Shown here: positions 34,701 to 46,985 of the stretch, piece by piece | Numbering within the stretch: the first letter of the stretch is position 1 | How the letters are laid out: each line of letters starts with the position of its first letter | Assembly (NCBI RefSeq): GCF_044704955.1 | Contig: NC_092006.1 | Span: 5,828,001 to 5,892,000, forward strand | Direction of reading: 5' to 3' | DNA from: Pristiophorus japonicus | Lineage: Eukaryota | Length of the DNA: 64,000 nucleotides | Notes under the pieces: generated by a model | What the model was told of the DNA's origin: nothing | Database searches by the model: none | Seen by the model: the letters and a program-made list of their open reading frames with translations, nothing else | Program-made: the position numbers and the translations under genes

Positions 34701-37700
34701 ACCTGAGAGATAGACAGATAAGAACACAAGAAATAGGAGCAGGAGTCGGCCATTTGGCTCCACAGCTGGTCTGGTCTCGGGCTCAGCTCTACTTCCCTGT
34801 CTGATAGATAGACAGACAGACATAGAGATAGAGATAGAGAGAGAGTTAGAGAGTTAGAGAGAGAGAGGGAGATAGAGAGAGAGAGAGAGAGAGAGGGAGA
34901 TAGATAGATAGAGAGTTAGAGAGAGAGAGAGATAGATAGAGAGTTAGAGATAGAGAGTTAGAGTTAGAGATAGAGAGTTAGAGATAGAGATAGAGAGTTA
35001 GAGATAGAGATAGAGAGTTAGAGATAGAGAGTTAGAGATAGAGAGTTAGAGATAGAGAGTTAGAGAGATAGATAGATAGAGTTAGAGATAGAGAGTTAGA
35101 GATAGAGAGTTAGAGAGATAGATCGATTGGATAGGCTGGGTTGTTTTCTTTGGAACAGAGGAGACTGAGGGGCGACCTTATTGAGGTGTATAAAATTATG
35201 AGGGGCCTGGATAGAGTGGATAGGACAGACCTGTTTCCCTTGGCAGAGGGGTCAACAACCAGGGGTCACAGATTGAAAGTAATTGGGAGGAGGTTTAGAG
35301 GGGATTTGAGGGGAAATGTCTTCACCCAGAGGGTGGCGGAGGTCTGGGGTGGAACTCACTGCCTGAAAGGGTGGTAGAGGCAGAAACCCTCACCACATTT
35401 AAAAAGCACCTGGATGTGCGCTTGAAGTTCCGTAACCTACAGGGCTACGGACTGAGAGGTGGAAAGTGGGATTAGGCTGGGTGGCTCTTTGTCGGCCGGC
35501 GCAGACATGATGAGCCGAATGACCTCCTTCCATGCTGTAAATTTCTATGATTCTAGGATAGACATCGCGATAGAACACAGCACAGTGGAAATGTAATCAC
35601 ATTTTCGACTTTTAAGCAGGGAGGTACCTTACTCCGAACATTTATTCCCTAGCTAGACAGATAGACTTCAAAATTCAGCAAGGTAGACACTGAAACATTG
35701 AGAGATATGTGATAGGGAGATCGTGGTATAATTATACACGCAGACGCAGAAAAGGACGTAAGAATATAAGAACATAAGAAATAGGAGCAGGAGTCGGCCA
35801 TTCGGCCCCTCGAGCCTACTCCGCCATTCAATACGATCCTGGCTGATCCGATCATGGACTCAGCTCCACTTCCCCGCCCACTCCCCATAACCCTTCACTT
35901 CCTTATCGCTCAAAAATCTGTCTATCTCCACCTTATATATATTCAATGTCCCAGCCTCCACAGCTCTCTGGAGCCGAGAATTCCACAGATTTACAACCCT
36001 CTGAGAGAAGAAATTCCTCCTCATCTCAGTTTTAAATGGGCGGCCCCTTATTCTGAGACTATGCCCCCTAGTTCTAGTCTCCCCCATCAGTGGAAACATC
36101 CTCTCTGCATCCACCTTGTCGAGCCCCCTCATTATCTTATACGTTTCGATAAGATCACCTCTCATTCTTCTGAACTCCAATGAGTAGAGACCCAACCTGC
36201 TCAACCTTACCTAAGAAGTCAACCCCCTCATCTCCGAAATCAACCAAGTGAACCTTCTCTGAACTGCCTCCAGTGCAAGTATATCCTTCCTTAAATACGG
36301 AGACCAAAACTGCACGCAGTACTCCAGGTGTGGCCTCACCAATACCCTCTCCAGTTGTAGCAGGACTTCTCTGCTTTTATACTCTATCCCCCTTGCAATA
36401 AAGGCCAAGATTCCATTCCAGTTGAGGTCTAAGATTGGCCGTGATCTTATTGAATGGCAGAGCAGGCTCGAGGGGCCGAATGGCCTCCTCCTGCTCCTAA
36501 TTCGTATATTCTAAAATAGAGGTTAGACTGAACAGTAACCGACATATCGTAGAGGGTTGTTGAGGCCAGTCTGTTAGATATATTAAAGAGGAAGCTAGAT
36601 ATGGCCCTTACAGCTAAAGGGATCAAGGGGTATGGAGAGAAAGCAGGAATGGGGTACTGAGGTGAATGATCAGCCATGATCATATTGAATGGTGGTGCAG
36701 GCTCGAAGGGCCGAATGGCCTACTCCTGCACATATTTTCTATGTTTCTATGTAAGGACAGTGGCTAAATACAGCGCTATGTATTCTGAATTCCCTGTCAT
36801 TCTTCTGAACTCCATGCCTTCAATATACAAAAAGTTGCGAAGAAGTGAGACTCACATCACCATTGAAGATATTAGTGAAGGGGACACCGGCCACAGTTAC
36901 CTCCCGGAGATGCGACGCTTTCACTCAGGAGATCCCCGGTGGCGTTGATCGGAACGGTGCAAGTGCAGACGCTCAGGACGCTTCTGGCGGTATAGCTCCC
37001 GTCCGGCTCCAGCCTGCCGGGCTCGCTCCGTCCCTCGGCGGCCCGTCCCGCAACCAGCCAGCGGATGGGGAAGGAGTCCGGAGCAGCGCCCCGCACCAGA
37101 CACATCAAGGGCACTCTCTCCAGCCGGGGAATCTCAGCCGGCGGTGGCGTTAAGAGGAAGAGGACCGGGGGGCCCGCTAGATGGAAGAGAAATTGGAATT
37201 AACCAGGCGCACAAGGTAGGTTTGAATTGGTGTCTCGACGCACAATTGGATGGACGAGTGGGATTACCTGTGATCACCAGCGTGGTGCCAGTCCCGAATA
37301 TCAGGGACCGATTCCTGGCGTTTGGAGCAGCGCAGTAATACCGCCCAGAATCGCTCCTCTGGACGTTGTCAATGACCAGCGAATAATTCCCCGATTGCTC
37401 GCATACCTCGCCGGAAAATCTTCCCCCGGGCCTCACGAACCGTCCGGTTTTGTAAACGAGCCGCATGCCCTCTCGGTGCCAGTGTGTGTACCAGTAAACG
37501 ATGCCCGGGGCCAGCCTCCCGGTCTGGCATTGAAGTTTGACCAGGCTCCCGACATCGGCCGTTAGCAGCGCCGGAAATTGGCTCAAGACCGCCTGAGACA
37601 CGACAGCTGAGACAAGGTTGCGGGGGGGGGGGGACACAAAAATTAAAAAAAACACAATATTAACAACAGGTTATAGGCCCCCGAGTCACCCTGGATACCG

Positions 37701-40700
37701 ACACATCTCAAATTCCCCTCCACTGGCGCGTCGGGAGCGCGTGTGGGACATTCCGCCGCGCTGCGCACCGTTAAATTGCGCCTCTCCGCCCGCAATTCCC
37801 ACAGGCGCACAGTCCGAGTCCGTTCGCTGTGAAATCCGCTCCAATCATTGGCGGGCACCATGGCGACTGGCTGCAGTTAAGATTGCAAAATCCTTCTCCC
37901 AAACCGATTATGCTTCCCCCTGGTCTAACCCGGCTCTCCAATCCATCTCTCCAGGGGTTGGGGACCGGGGGGCGCTTGATTGTGTTAAAATGGGGCGATA
38001 GCTTTCTCACTAATTCCACTAGACAGGCCCCCCTCTCCCAACGGTAGACCCTCGCCTTCAAATACCGGAGTTCACTAACATCTTTATCTCAGTTAGGGGG
38101 CAGTTCAGTGTCACATTCGCTTCCACTCACCCATCACAATGTTCGGCTCCAAAGTCGCGCTATCGGTATTGAGCGAAGCCCGCACACCTTTATACTTTGC
38201 CCAATATCTAATCTGCTTCTTAAAAAAATTATAGTTAAACGCAAACTTGTGTATCAGCGAACGATGCAACACAGGAGGCCATTCGGCCCATCAAACCTGT
38301 GTTGTGACAGAGCGACTCAATCATTCCCACTCCGCCCCTGCTCTTTCCCCACAGCCCGGCATATTGCCTCCTTTCCAAATATTTATCCAATTCCCCCGTT
38401 TGAAAGTCACTTTTTCATCTGCTCCCAGTGCCCCTTTCAGGCAGCGCGTTCCCGAGCACAAGCTCTCAGGGCTTGAAATCACGTCCTGATCTCCCCCTCT
38501 GGTTCTGTTACCGATTATCTTAAACATGTGTCCTCTGCTTACCCACCCTCCTCCCACTAGAAACAATCTCTCCTTCTTTACTCGATCGGAAACCTTCTCC
38601 TTATTAATTCTATACAAAACCCTTCTCCTTATTAATTCTCTCCAAAACCCTTCTCCTTATTAATTCTCTCCAAAACCCGTCTAAAATCCAAAATCCAAAA
38701 GAGCAGGAGTAAACGGGTACTTTTCAGAATGGCAGGCAGTGACTAGTGGAGTGCCGCAAGGTTCTGTGCTGGGGCCCCAACTGTTTACATTGTACATTAA
38801 TGATTTAGACGAGGGGATTAAATGCAGTATCTCCAAATTTGCGGATGATACTAAGTTGGGTGGCAGTGTGAGCTGCGAGGAGGATGCTATTAGGCTGCAG
38901 AGTGACTTGGATAGGTTAGGTGAGTGGGCAAATGCATGGCAGATGAAGTATAATGTGGATAAATGTGAGGTTATCCACTTTGGTGGTAAAAACAGAGAGA
39001 CAGACTATTATCTGAATGGTGACAGATTAGGAAAAGGGAAGGTGCAATGAGACCTGGGTGTCATGGTACATCAGTCATTGAAGGTTGGCATGCAGGTACA
39101 GCAGGCGGTTAAGAAAGCAAATGGCATGTTGGCCTTCATAGCGAGGGGATTTGAATACAGGGGCAGGGAGGTGTTGCTACAGTTGTACAGGGCCTTGGTG
39201 AGGCCACACCTGGAGTATTGTGTACAGTTTTGGTCTCCTAACTTGAGGAAGGACATTCTTGCTATTGAGGGAGTGCAGCGAAGGTTCACCAGACTGATTC
39301 CCGGGATGGCGGGACTGACCTATCAAGAAAGATTGGATCAACTGGGCTTGTATTCACTGGAGTTCAGAAGAATGAGAGGGGACCTCATAGAAACGTTTAA
39401 AATTCTGACGGGTTTAGACAGGTTAGATGCAGAAAGAATGTTCCCAATGTTGGGGGAGTCCAGAACCAGGGGTCACAGTCTGAGGATAAGGGGTAAGCCA
39501 TTTAGGACCGAGATGAGGAGAAATTTCTTCACCCAGAGAGTGGTGAACCTGTGGAATTCTCTACCACAGAAAGTAGTTGAGGCCAATTCACTAAATATAT
39601 TCAAAAGGGAGTTAGATGAAGTCCTTACTACTCGGGGGATCAAGGGTTATGGCGAGAAAGCAGGAAGGGGGTACTGAAGTTTCATGTTCAGCCATGAACT
39701 CATTGAATGGCGGTGCAGGCTAGAAGGGCTGAATGGCCTGCTCCTGCACCTATTTTCTATGTTTCTATGTTTCTATGTCTCCTTATTAATTCTCTCCAAA
39801 ACCCTTCTCCTTATTAATTCGCTCCAAAACCCTTCTCCTTATTAATTCGCTCCAAAACCCTTCTCCTTATTAATTCTCTACAAAATCCTTCCCCTTATTA
39901 ATTCGCTCCAAAACCCTTCTCCTTATTAATTCTAACCAAAACCCTTCTCCTTATTAACTCTCTCCAAAACCCTTCTCCTTATTAATTCGCTCCAAAACCC
40001 TTCTCCTTATTAATTCGCTCCAAAACCCTTCTCCTTATTAATTCTCTACAAAATCCTTCCCCTTATTAATTCGCTCCAAAACCCTTCTCCTTATTAATTC
40101 TAACCAAAACCCTTCTCCTTATTAATTCGCTCCAAAACCCTTCTCCTTATTAATTCTAACCAAAACCCTTCTCGTTATTAATTATCTCCAAAATCGTTCT
40201 CCTTATTAATTCGCTCCAAAACCCTTCTCCTTATTAATTCTAACCAAAACCCTTCTCCTTATTAATTCTCTCCAAAACCCTTCTCCTTATTAATTCTATC
40301 CAAAACCCTTCTCATTATTAATTCACTCCAAAACCCTTCTCCTTATTAATTCTCTCCAAAATCCTTCTCATTATTAATTCTCTCCAAAACCCTTCTCATT
40401 ATTAATTCTCTCCAAAACCCTTCTCCTTATTAATTCTATCCAAAATCCTCCTCCTTATTAATTCTCTCCAAAACCCTCCTCCTTATTAATTCTCTCCAAA
40501 ACCCTTCTCCTTATTAATTCTATCCAAAACCCTTCTCCTTATTAATTCTATCCAAAACCCTCCTCCTTATTAATTCTCTCCAAAACCCTTCTCCTTATTA
40601 ATTCTCTCCAAGACCCTTCTCCTTATTAATTCTCTCCAAGACCCTTCTCCTTATTAATTCTCTCCAAAACCCTTCTCCTTATTAATTCTCTCCAAAACCC

Positions 40701-41843
40701 TTCTCCTTATTAATTCTATCCAAAACCCTTCTCCTTATTAATTCTCTCCAAAACCCTTCTCCTTATTAATTCTCTCCAAAACCCTTCTCATTATTAATTC
40801 TCTCCAAAACCCTTCTCCTTATTAATTCTCTCCAAAACCCTTCTCCTTATTAATTCGATCCAAAACCCTCCTCCTTATTAATTCTCTCCAAAACCCTTCT
40901 CCTTATTAATTCTCTCCAAGACCCTTCTCCTTATTAATTCTCTCCAAGACCCTTCTCCTTATTAATTCTCTCCAAAACCCTTCTCCTCATTAATTCTCTC
41001 CAAAACCCTTCTCCTTATTAATTCCATCCAAAACCCTTGTCCTTATTAATTCTCTCCAAAATCCTCCTCCTTATTAATTCTCTCCAAAACCCTTCTCATT
41101 ATTAATTCTCTCCAAAACCCTTCTCCTTATTAATTCTCTCCAAAACCCTTATCCTTATTAATTCTATCCAAAATCCTCCTCCTTATTAATTCTCTCCAAA
41201 GCCCTCCTCCTTATTAATTCTCTCCAAAACCCTTCTCCTTATTAATTCTCTCCAAAACCCTTCTCCTTATTAATTCTATCCAAAACCCTTCTCCTTATTA
41301 ATTCTATTCAAAACCCTCCTCCTTATTAATTCTCTCCAAAACCCTTCTCCTTATTAATTCTCTCCAAGACCCTTCTCCTTATTAATTCTCTCCAAGACCC
41401 TTCTCCTTATTAATTCTCTCCAAAACCCTTCTCCTTATTAATTCTATCCAAAACCCTTCTCCTTATTAATTCTCTCCAAAACCCTTCTCCTTATTAATTC
41501 TATCCAAAAACCTTCCCATTATTAATTCTCTCCAAAACCCTTCTCCTTATTAATTCTCTCCAAAACCCTTCTCCTTATTAATTCTATCCAAAACCCTTCT
41601 CCTTATTAATTCTCTCCAAAACCCTTCTCCTTATTAATTCTCTCCAAAACCCTTTTCCTTATTAATTCTCTCAAAAACCCTTCTCCTTATTAATTCTCTC
41701 CAAAACCCTTTTCCTTATTAATTCGCTCCAAAACCCTTCCCTTGGTTGACTCTCTCCTAACCCCTTCCTCACTCTGGCAAAACATCGAAGGCTATCTCAC
41801 CTTGGAAGAGATGGAACAGCACACAGAGACCACAGAAGCTCAT
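31490..41843 (-). CDS. Gene 3: IgSF receptor L-VJ-C1(30-nt deletion)-TM(Arg)-tail; remodelled paralogue or incipient pseudogene
   Basis: Exons 41843-41801, 37606-37268, 37176-36901, 34490-34384, 31753-31490. They are in frame if the TM exon splices directly to the last exon (1029 nt). No counterpart of the 59-nt exon was found. Confidence 0.7.
32955..33537 (-). mobile_element. CR1 LINE 3' fragment
   Basis: ORF-track peptides and tail. Confidence 0.85.
34384..34490 (-). CDS. Gene 3 exon 4, TM exon (VSPSQSAYGLRLVLNLLAALLLLLMVSVAAVRSGSQ)
   Basis: tttcttacag acceptor, CAG|gtaggg donor. Aligns to the gene 2 TM exon minus 10 nt. Confidence 0.82.
34800..35125. repeat. AGAT/AGAGTT simple repeat
   Basis: Direct observation. 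Confidence 0.9.
35125..36751. mobile_element. Three CR1 3' fragments (35125-35555 +, 35765-36415 -, 36552-36751 +)
   Basis: ORF2 C-terminal peptides and tails. Confidence 0.8.
36901..37176 (-). CDS. Gene 3 exon 3, C1 domain lacking SAETWRSGAV
   Basis: VPLMCLVRG..PIRW..EPDGSYTARSVLSV/CTCTV. 276 nt versus 306 nt in gene 4. Confidence 0.88.
37268..37606 (-). CDS. Gene 3 exon 2, joined VJ domain
   Basis: VGSLVKLQC..VYWY..RFSG..DSGRYYCAAPNARNRSLIFGTGTTLVIT, 339 nt, phase 1-1. Confidence 0.94.
38592..41740. repeat. 28-bp minisatellite (ccttctccttattaattctctccaaaac) in gene 3 intron 1
   Basis: About 70 units, interrupted by a CR1 at 38700-39778. Confidence 0.95.
38700..39778 (+). mobile_element. 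Young 5'-truncated CR1 LINE
   Basis: GVPQGSVLGPQLF..FADDTKL RT motifs, one in-frame stop, near-identical to 59120-60200. Confidence 0.92.
41801..41843 (-). CDS. Gene 3 exon 1, signal peptide (MSFCGLCVLFHLFQ)
   Basis: ataATG start, donor G|gtgaga, inverted copy of 48827-48869. Confidence 0.8.
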
Positions 41844-42539
41844 TATCCCTGCCCCAGGAGGGTTGAACTCTGATGCTGGGACTGGCAGCTCAGGGAGGAA
41901 TGCTTGTCAGCAGGTCGGTGTGAGGCTGGTGTGAAATGCCGAGCCAATTGTGGTAAGCACGCACTGTGTTTATTAATAAATGTACGATTTGGGCTGCAAA
42001 ATAGTGCCGAAGCAGAAAGCTCTGTGTGGGTTTCCTGTTTTTACAGGTAAAGAGATGAAACACACACACACCATCTGTGTTACAGAAGGCACCTCGTCTC
42101 TACGCATGTTAGTTTGACCACACTTGGAGCACTGCGCACGGTTCTGGTCTCCATCTTTCAAAAGAATATAGAGGCACTGGAGCGGGTGTAAACAAGATTC
42201 AGAAAGATGACCCCAGAACTGAGAGAGGTTATACTGATCAGGAAAGGCTCAACAGACTGGGGCACTTTCTCCAGAAAATTACATAGTATGTGCATCACAG
42301 AAACAGACCATTCAGCCCCACCGCTCCGTGCCGGGGTTTATGCTCCACACCAGCCCCTCCCACCTCTCTCCATCTCACCCCATCCCCATATCCTTCTATT
42401 CCTTTCTCCCTCATGTGTTTATCCAGCCTCCCCTTAAATACATCGATACTATTCGCCTCAACCCCTCCCTGTGGCAGCAAGTTCCACATCTCAGCACTCT
42501 CTGGGTCAAGAAGTTTCTCCTGAATGCCCCATTGGGTTT

Positions 42540-44592
42540 ATAAGAACATAAGAAACAGGAGCAGGAGTAGGCCATTCGGCCCCTCGAGCCTGCTCTGCCA
42601 TTTAGTACGATCATGGCTGATCTGATCATGGACTCAGCTCCACTTCCCTGCCCGCCCCCTTATTCCCTTATCGTTTAAGAAACTGTCTTAAATTTATTCA
42701 ATGTCCCAGCTTCCACAGCTCTCTGAGGCAGCAAATTCCACAGATTTACAACCCTCTGAGAGAAGAAATTTCTCCTCATCTCAGTTTTAAATGGGCGGCC
42801 CCTTATTCTAAGACCATGCCCCCTAGTTCTAGTCTCTCCCATCAGTGAAAACATCCTCTCTGCATCCACCTTGTCAAGCCCCCTCATAATCTTATATGTT
42901 TCGATAAGATCACCTTTCATTCTTCTGAATTCCAATGAGTAGAGGCCCAACCTACTCAACCTTTCCTCATAAGTCAACCCCCTCATCCCCGGAATCAACT
43001 GAGTGAACCTTCTCTGAACTGCCTCCAAAGCAAGTATATCCTTTCGTAAATATGGAAACCAAAACTGCACGCAGTACTCCAGGTGTGGCCTCACCAATAC
43101 CCTGTATAACTGTAGCAAGACTTCCCTGCTTTTATACTCCATCCCCTTTGCAATAAAGGCCAAGATTCCATTGGTCTTCCTGATCACTTGCTGTACCTGC
43201 ATACTATCCTTTTGTGTTTCATGCACAAGTACCCCCAGGTCCCGCTGTACTGCAGCACTTTGCAATCTTTCTCCATTTAAATAATAACTTGCTCTTTGAT
43301 TTTTTTCTGCCAAAGTGCATGACTTCACACTTTCCAACATTTTGCTCCATCTGCCAAATTTTTGCCCACTCACTTAGCCTGTCTCTGTCCTTTTGCAGAT
43401 TTTTTGTGTCCTCCTCACACATTGCTTTTCCTCCCATCTTTGTATCATCAGCAAACTTGGCTACGTTACACTCAGTCCCTTCTTCCAAGTCATCAATCTA
43501 GATTCCAAGTCGCCAATACAACACTGATCCCTGCGGCACCCCCCCTAGATACAGATTGCCAATCTGAGAATGAACCATTTATCCCGACTCTCTGTTTTCT
43601 GTTTGTTAGCCAATCCTCTATCCATGCTAATATATTGCCCCCAACCCCGTAAACTTTTATCTTGTGCAGTAACCTTTCATGTGGCACCTTGTCAAATGCC
43701 TTCTGGAAGTCCAAATACACCACATCCACTGGTTCCCCTTTATCCATCTTGTTCATTACATCCTAAAAGAATTCCAGCAAATTTGTCAAACATGACTTCC
43801 CCTTCATAAATCCATGCTGACTCTGCCTGACCCAATTTTGCTTTTCCAAATGTCCTGCTACTGCTTCTTTAATAATGCACTCCAACATTTTCCCAACCAC
43901 AGATGTTAGGCTAACTGGTCTATAGTTTCCTGCTTTTTGTCTGCCTCCTTTTTTAAATAGGGGCGTTACATTTGAAGTTTTCCAATCTGCTGGGACCTCT
44001 GCAGAATCCATTTATGAGTGACTGTCTTATATCGATGGCCCCCTCGTTCTGGTCTTCTCCCTCAAGTTGGAAGCATCTCTATTGTGAGGCAGAAGTGGAT
44101 ATGATCCATTCAGACTTCCCTATAATGGTGGTGAGCACATATTTGAGGTATGGAGAACCCAGATGCAATGAAAATGGGTTAAGAATGTAAAAAAACACAA
44201 GATAAGGCCCGAGGACTGTGCAAGAAACAGACCTGGGAAACATAGACATAGAAACACAGAAAATAGGTGCAGGAGCAGGCCATTCGACCCTTCGAGCCTG
44301 CACCACCATTCAATATGATCATGGCTGATCATGCAACTTCAGTACCCCATTCCTGCTTTCTCTCCATACTCCCTTGATCCCTTTAGCCGTAAGGGCCACA
44401 TCTAACTCCTTTTTGAATATATCCAACGAACTGGCCTCAACAACTTTCTGTGGTAGAGAATTCCACAGGTTCACAATTCTCTGAGTGAAGAAGTTTCTCC
44501 TCATCTCGGTCCTAAATGGCTTATCCCTTATCCTTAGACTGTGACCCCTGGTTCTGGACTTCCCCAACATCGGGAATATTCTTCCTGCATCT
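42540..44592 (-). mobile_element. CR1 LINE fragments (42540-44012, 44240-44592)
   Basis: YRPVSLTS, YLDFQKAFDKVPH, FADDTK peptides. Confidence 0.88.
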
Positions 44593-46327
44593 AGAATTGG
44601 CTTCGAAAAGGCGGATCCCAAACAATAGTGAGAGTTAATAACTAACTTTACTGCATGCATTTCTGTTCGAACTATAAACGAGGTCAGGTGTAATCGAATA
44701 AACAGGGCTCGACGATTTCTGGAGACTGGGGCAAACCGGGTTCAACTGGGTGCTGTCTGTAATACACGTGTCTTAATTTCCAGAATTATCCAGATAACCA
44801 ATTATTCACACGAGTGAATCTAGGTAAATAAGATTAACTCGCAGCACAACTCATTGCAAAATCCGTCGTCCCCTTTGAGGATTGATGGAACTTTATGTCA
44901 GAATATATGGGTTTAAAAAGAACAAGTTATGCCAGAAAGCAGCAGTAAGGGTGTGTTACCAGCTATAATCCGCAAACTCTGTATAAAACGTTGAGGGGGC
45001 TTGGAACCAGAAAAGCCAGCGTGTTGCAGACAATGTGCTGTCCCAGTATGGAGATCTGTGCTCCAATTTATTCTGTCCCAGGCCTCAAAACAGCAAATGT
45101 GCGGTTTGGTCACTCCTGGGAATCGCCACTTCTATCATCGCGGCATCCCCACCGACACCTGGGAGTCCCTGTGGCCAAAGACCAGTGGAGGAAGTGCATC
45201 CGGGAGAGCGCTGAGCACCTCGAGTCTGGTCGCCGAGAGCGTGCAGAAACCAAGCGCAGGCAGCGGAAGGAGCGTGCGGCAAACCTGTCCCACCCTCCCC
45301 TTACCCTCAACCACTGTCTGTCCCACCCGTGACAGGGGACTGTGGCTCTCGTATTGGACTGTTCGGCCACCGAAGGACTCATGCTAAGAGTGGAAGCGAG
45401 TCTTCCTCGATTCCGAGGGTCTGCCGACGATGATGATTATATTGTAGGACAGCTCTGTCTTCTACGTCAATGTGTATGCGCGTCGTGCACAACGGTTGAT
45501 TCACATCCGAATCATTAAAAGATTTGTTTGCCAGTGATATCAAGGGCTTTTATTTTGCACTGGAAGTTGAGAATAAATGGACCTGAAACGGGAAGTTCTA
45601 CTGACAGCACTGCGGTATAGCGCCGGCTAGCGATGAAATTGATGTTGTGCAACCCCCCCCCAAAGGCCAGTTATCGCACTCAGTACCCCAGGGTGAGAGG
45701 TTCCTTGGGTATTTGACGATCCGGACATTTCTTTGGCCAGTACCGCGCGGACCCACTAATTCAAGAGGACTGGCGGGTCAGTGCTCAGTTGAAATCTGAT
45801 AACCCCCACACAACAGAGAAATGCAGTTCATTGCAGGGGTCCCGCAAATAACCCATCTTTTAGCACCAGGAGGAGGCCATTCAGCCCCTCGAGCCTGCGG
45901 TTCCATTCAGTTAGCTCATGGGCTGATCTGTATCTTAACCCCATCCACCTGCCTTGGTCCCGTAACCCTGAATACCCTTACCCAACAAATAGCTATCCAT
46001 CTTAGTTTTGACATTTTACAATTGCCCCCTCGCGCCCCCCCCCAGCCTCGACAGCTTTCTGAGGGAGAGAGTTCCACATTGCCACTACCCTTTGTGTGAA
46101 GAAGGGCTTCCTGACATCAACCCTCAATGGCCTGGCTCTAATTTTAAGGTGACATCCCCTTGTTCTGGACTCCCCCCACCAAGAGGCCATAGTTTCTCTC
46201 AATCTACCCCCTCAACTCCTTCAATCATCTTAAATACTTCAAATAGATCATTCCTTGATCTTCTATATTCAAGAGAATTCAAGCCTCGTCCATGCAAACG
46301 GTCCTCACAATTGAACTCTTTCCCATA

Positions 46328-46985
46328 GTGTCAGCTGTGGTTGTGGGTAGCACACTCGTCTCAGAGTCAGAAGGTCATCGGTTCAAGTCCCACTCCAGGA
46401 ACTTGAGCATATAAATCCAGGATGGCACTCCCAGTGCAGTGCTGAGGGAGCGCCGCACTGTCGGAGGGGCGGTGCTGAGGGAGCGCCGCACTGTCGGAGG
46501 GGCGGTGCTGAGGGAGCGCCGCACTGTCGGAGGGGCGGTGCTGAGGGAGCGCCGCACTGTCGGAGGGGCAGTGCTGAGGGCGCGCCGCACTGTCGGAGGG
46601 TCCGTACTGAGGGAGTGCCGCATTGTCATAGGGACGATACTGAGGGAGCGCCGCACTGTCGGAGGTGCTGTCTTTCAGATGAGACATTTAAACCGAGGCC
46701 CTGTCTGCCCTCTCAAGTGGATGTAAAAGATCCCATGGCACTATTTCGAAGAAGAGTAGGGGAGTTATCTCTGGTTCTTGGCCAATATTTATCCCTCAAT
46801 CTACAAAGCAGATGATCTGGGTCATTATCACATTGCTGTGTGTGGGAGCTTGCTGTGCGCAAATTCTGCTGCCGCGTTTCTCACATTACAACAGTAACTA
46901 TACTCCAAAAGTACTTCATTGCTGTAAAGCGCAGTTTGAGACATCCAGTGGTCATGAAAGGCGCTCTATAACTGCAATGGTTTTC
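46328..46985 (+). mobile_element. Deu-type SINE with 33-bp array
   Basis: tRNA-like head with ggttcaagtccc, ~7 units, central domain. Confidence 0.8.

Noticed and set aside
46328-46400. tRNA gene (also at ~30040-30100 and other SINE heads)
   Set aside because: A/B-box-like SINE heads continuous with SINE bodies, with no complete cloverleaf.
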